Below, piece after piece: positions 63,162-64,000 of a stretch of 64,000 nucleotides of DNA. The notes under the pieces were generated by a model. The model did no database searches. It saw only the letters and a list, made by a program, of their open reading frames with translations, and had not been told where the DNA came from. A program made the position numbers and the translations under genes. Numbering within the stretch: position 1 is the first letter of the stretch; the number at the start of each line of letters is the position of its first letter. Where the stretch lies: contig MU058423.1 in NCBI GenBank assembly GCA_013265495.1, positions 3,301,061-3,365,060 on the forward strand, read 5' to 3'. The stretch comes from Vicugna vicugna. Taxonomy: Eukaryota.

Positions 63162-64000
63162 CTGTCAAAGATAGAAAACACTATGAGGATATCATATGAC
63201 TAAAGACTTAAAATTAAACATTGCAAATAATTCTGAAGTAGACATTTATACACTGGCAAGTACAGACTAAAATTATGATGATCTTAAATACAACTATTTG
63301 TATGTCCCCTAACCCCAACACATGACCAGAATTTTAATTTAGAATTTAACTTAAATCTGAAGGAGACAAATGGTGGGAAGATGAGCTGATATTTAATCTA
63401 TTTATGGAAGGTGAAATTGCCAAGTGTCCTGGACACATTGCAAGACTTGAATCACCAAAGAAAGGTTAAACACTTATTTAGTTAAGCATGTTAATACACT
63501 GGACAAAGATTTCAGCAAGAGTTGAAACTTCTACTCCAGAGACAACCACTGTTACCAATTTTTAGGAATCACCCGAAAGACGCTATATGGATATATAATT
63601 TCCCCCTTTTACTCAAATGATAGCACATTATAAACACTGTTCTGTACGTTACTTTTTCCCGCATGGCACTCCATGGTAGTACAGCAGAAACTCTCTTATC
63701 TAACTCTTATCTCATATGGACAAGACTGGCAAAAGTAAAAAATAATAATAATATACAGATGTCTTAACATTTTACTTTAAAATATATAACTTTACATTCA
63801 TTTGCCAAATCTCTGGATTTAGGAAACCACACAGATGTGAGAATTAAGTGTAAAACACTTAGAACATTGTCTAGCACATAGTATACATGCTCTGTATATG
63901 TGTTTGCCATTAAAATCAGGGTCAAACTCTCCTCTCCTCATCCACTTTTAAAAATGTGTTTGCTGAATGGAGTTGTCTCTTGTCTTTCTTTCATAAACCA

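Overview
Mammalian genomic DNA, most likely a camelid, judging by six copies of a short tRNA-derived Vic-1-type SINE and matching L1 3' ends. It is the conserved FAM102B-HENMT1-PRPF38B block (human 1p13.3 synteny). PRPF38B (- strand) has 6 coding exons between 7138 and 13 and encodes 545 aa. HENMT1 (+ strand) has 7 coding exons between 19269 and 27947 and encodes a 388 aa piRNA 2'-O-methyltransferase from a CpG-island promoter at ~18.0-18.7 kb, divergent to PRPF38B. The last 9 coding exons and ~4.1 kb 3'UTR of FAM102B/EEIG2 (- strand) converge on HENMT1. All exon phases and GT-AG boundaries were checked by hand and join in frame. The rest is L1, L2, LTR/ERV, MaLR, DNA-transposon and SINE debris; repeat family names are from memory, not from a search. 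I found no prokaryotic-type system. The best leads are: a candidate 71-nt poison exon in PRPF38B intron 4; an L1 with a >=34-bp target-site duplication that hosts a nested L1 with an apparent 3' transduction; local CpG/GC surges in HENMT1 exon 8 and in an old L2 (possible GC-biased gene conversion); and a germline-type (PRC1.6/A-MYB) motif set at the HENMT1 promoter.
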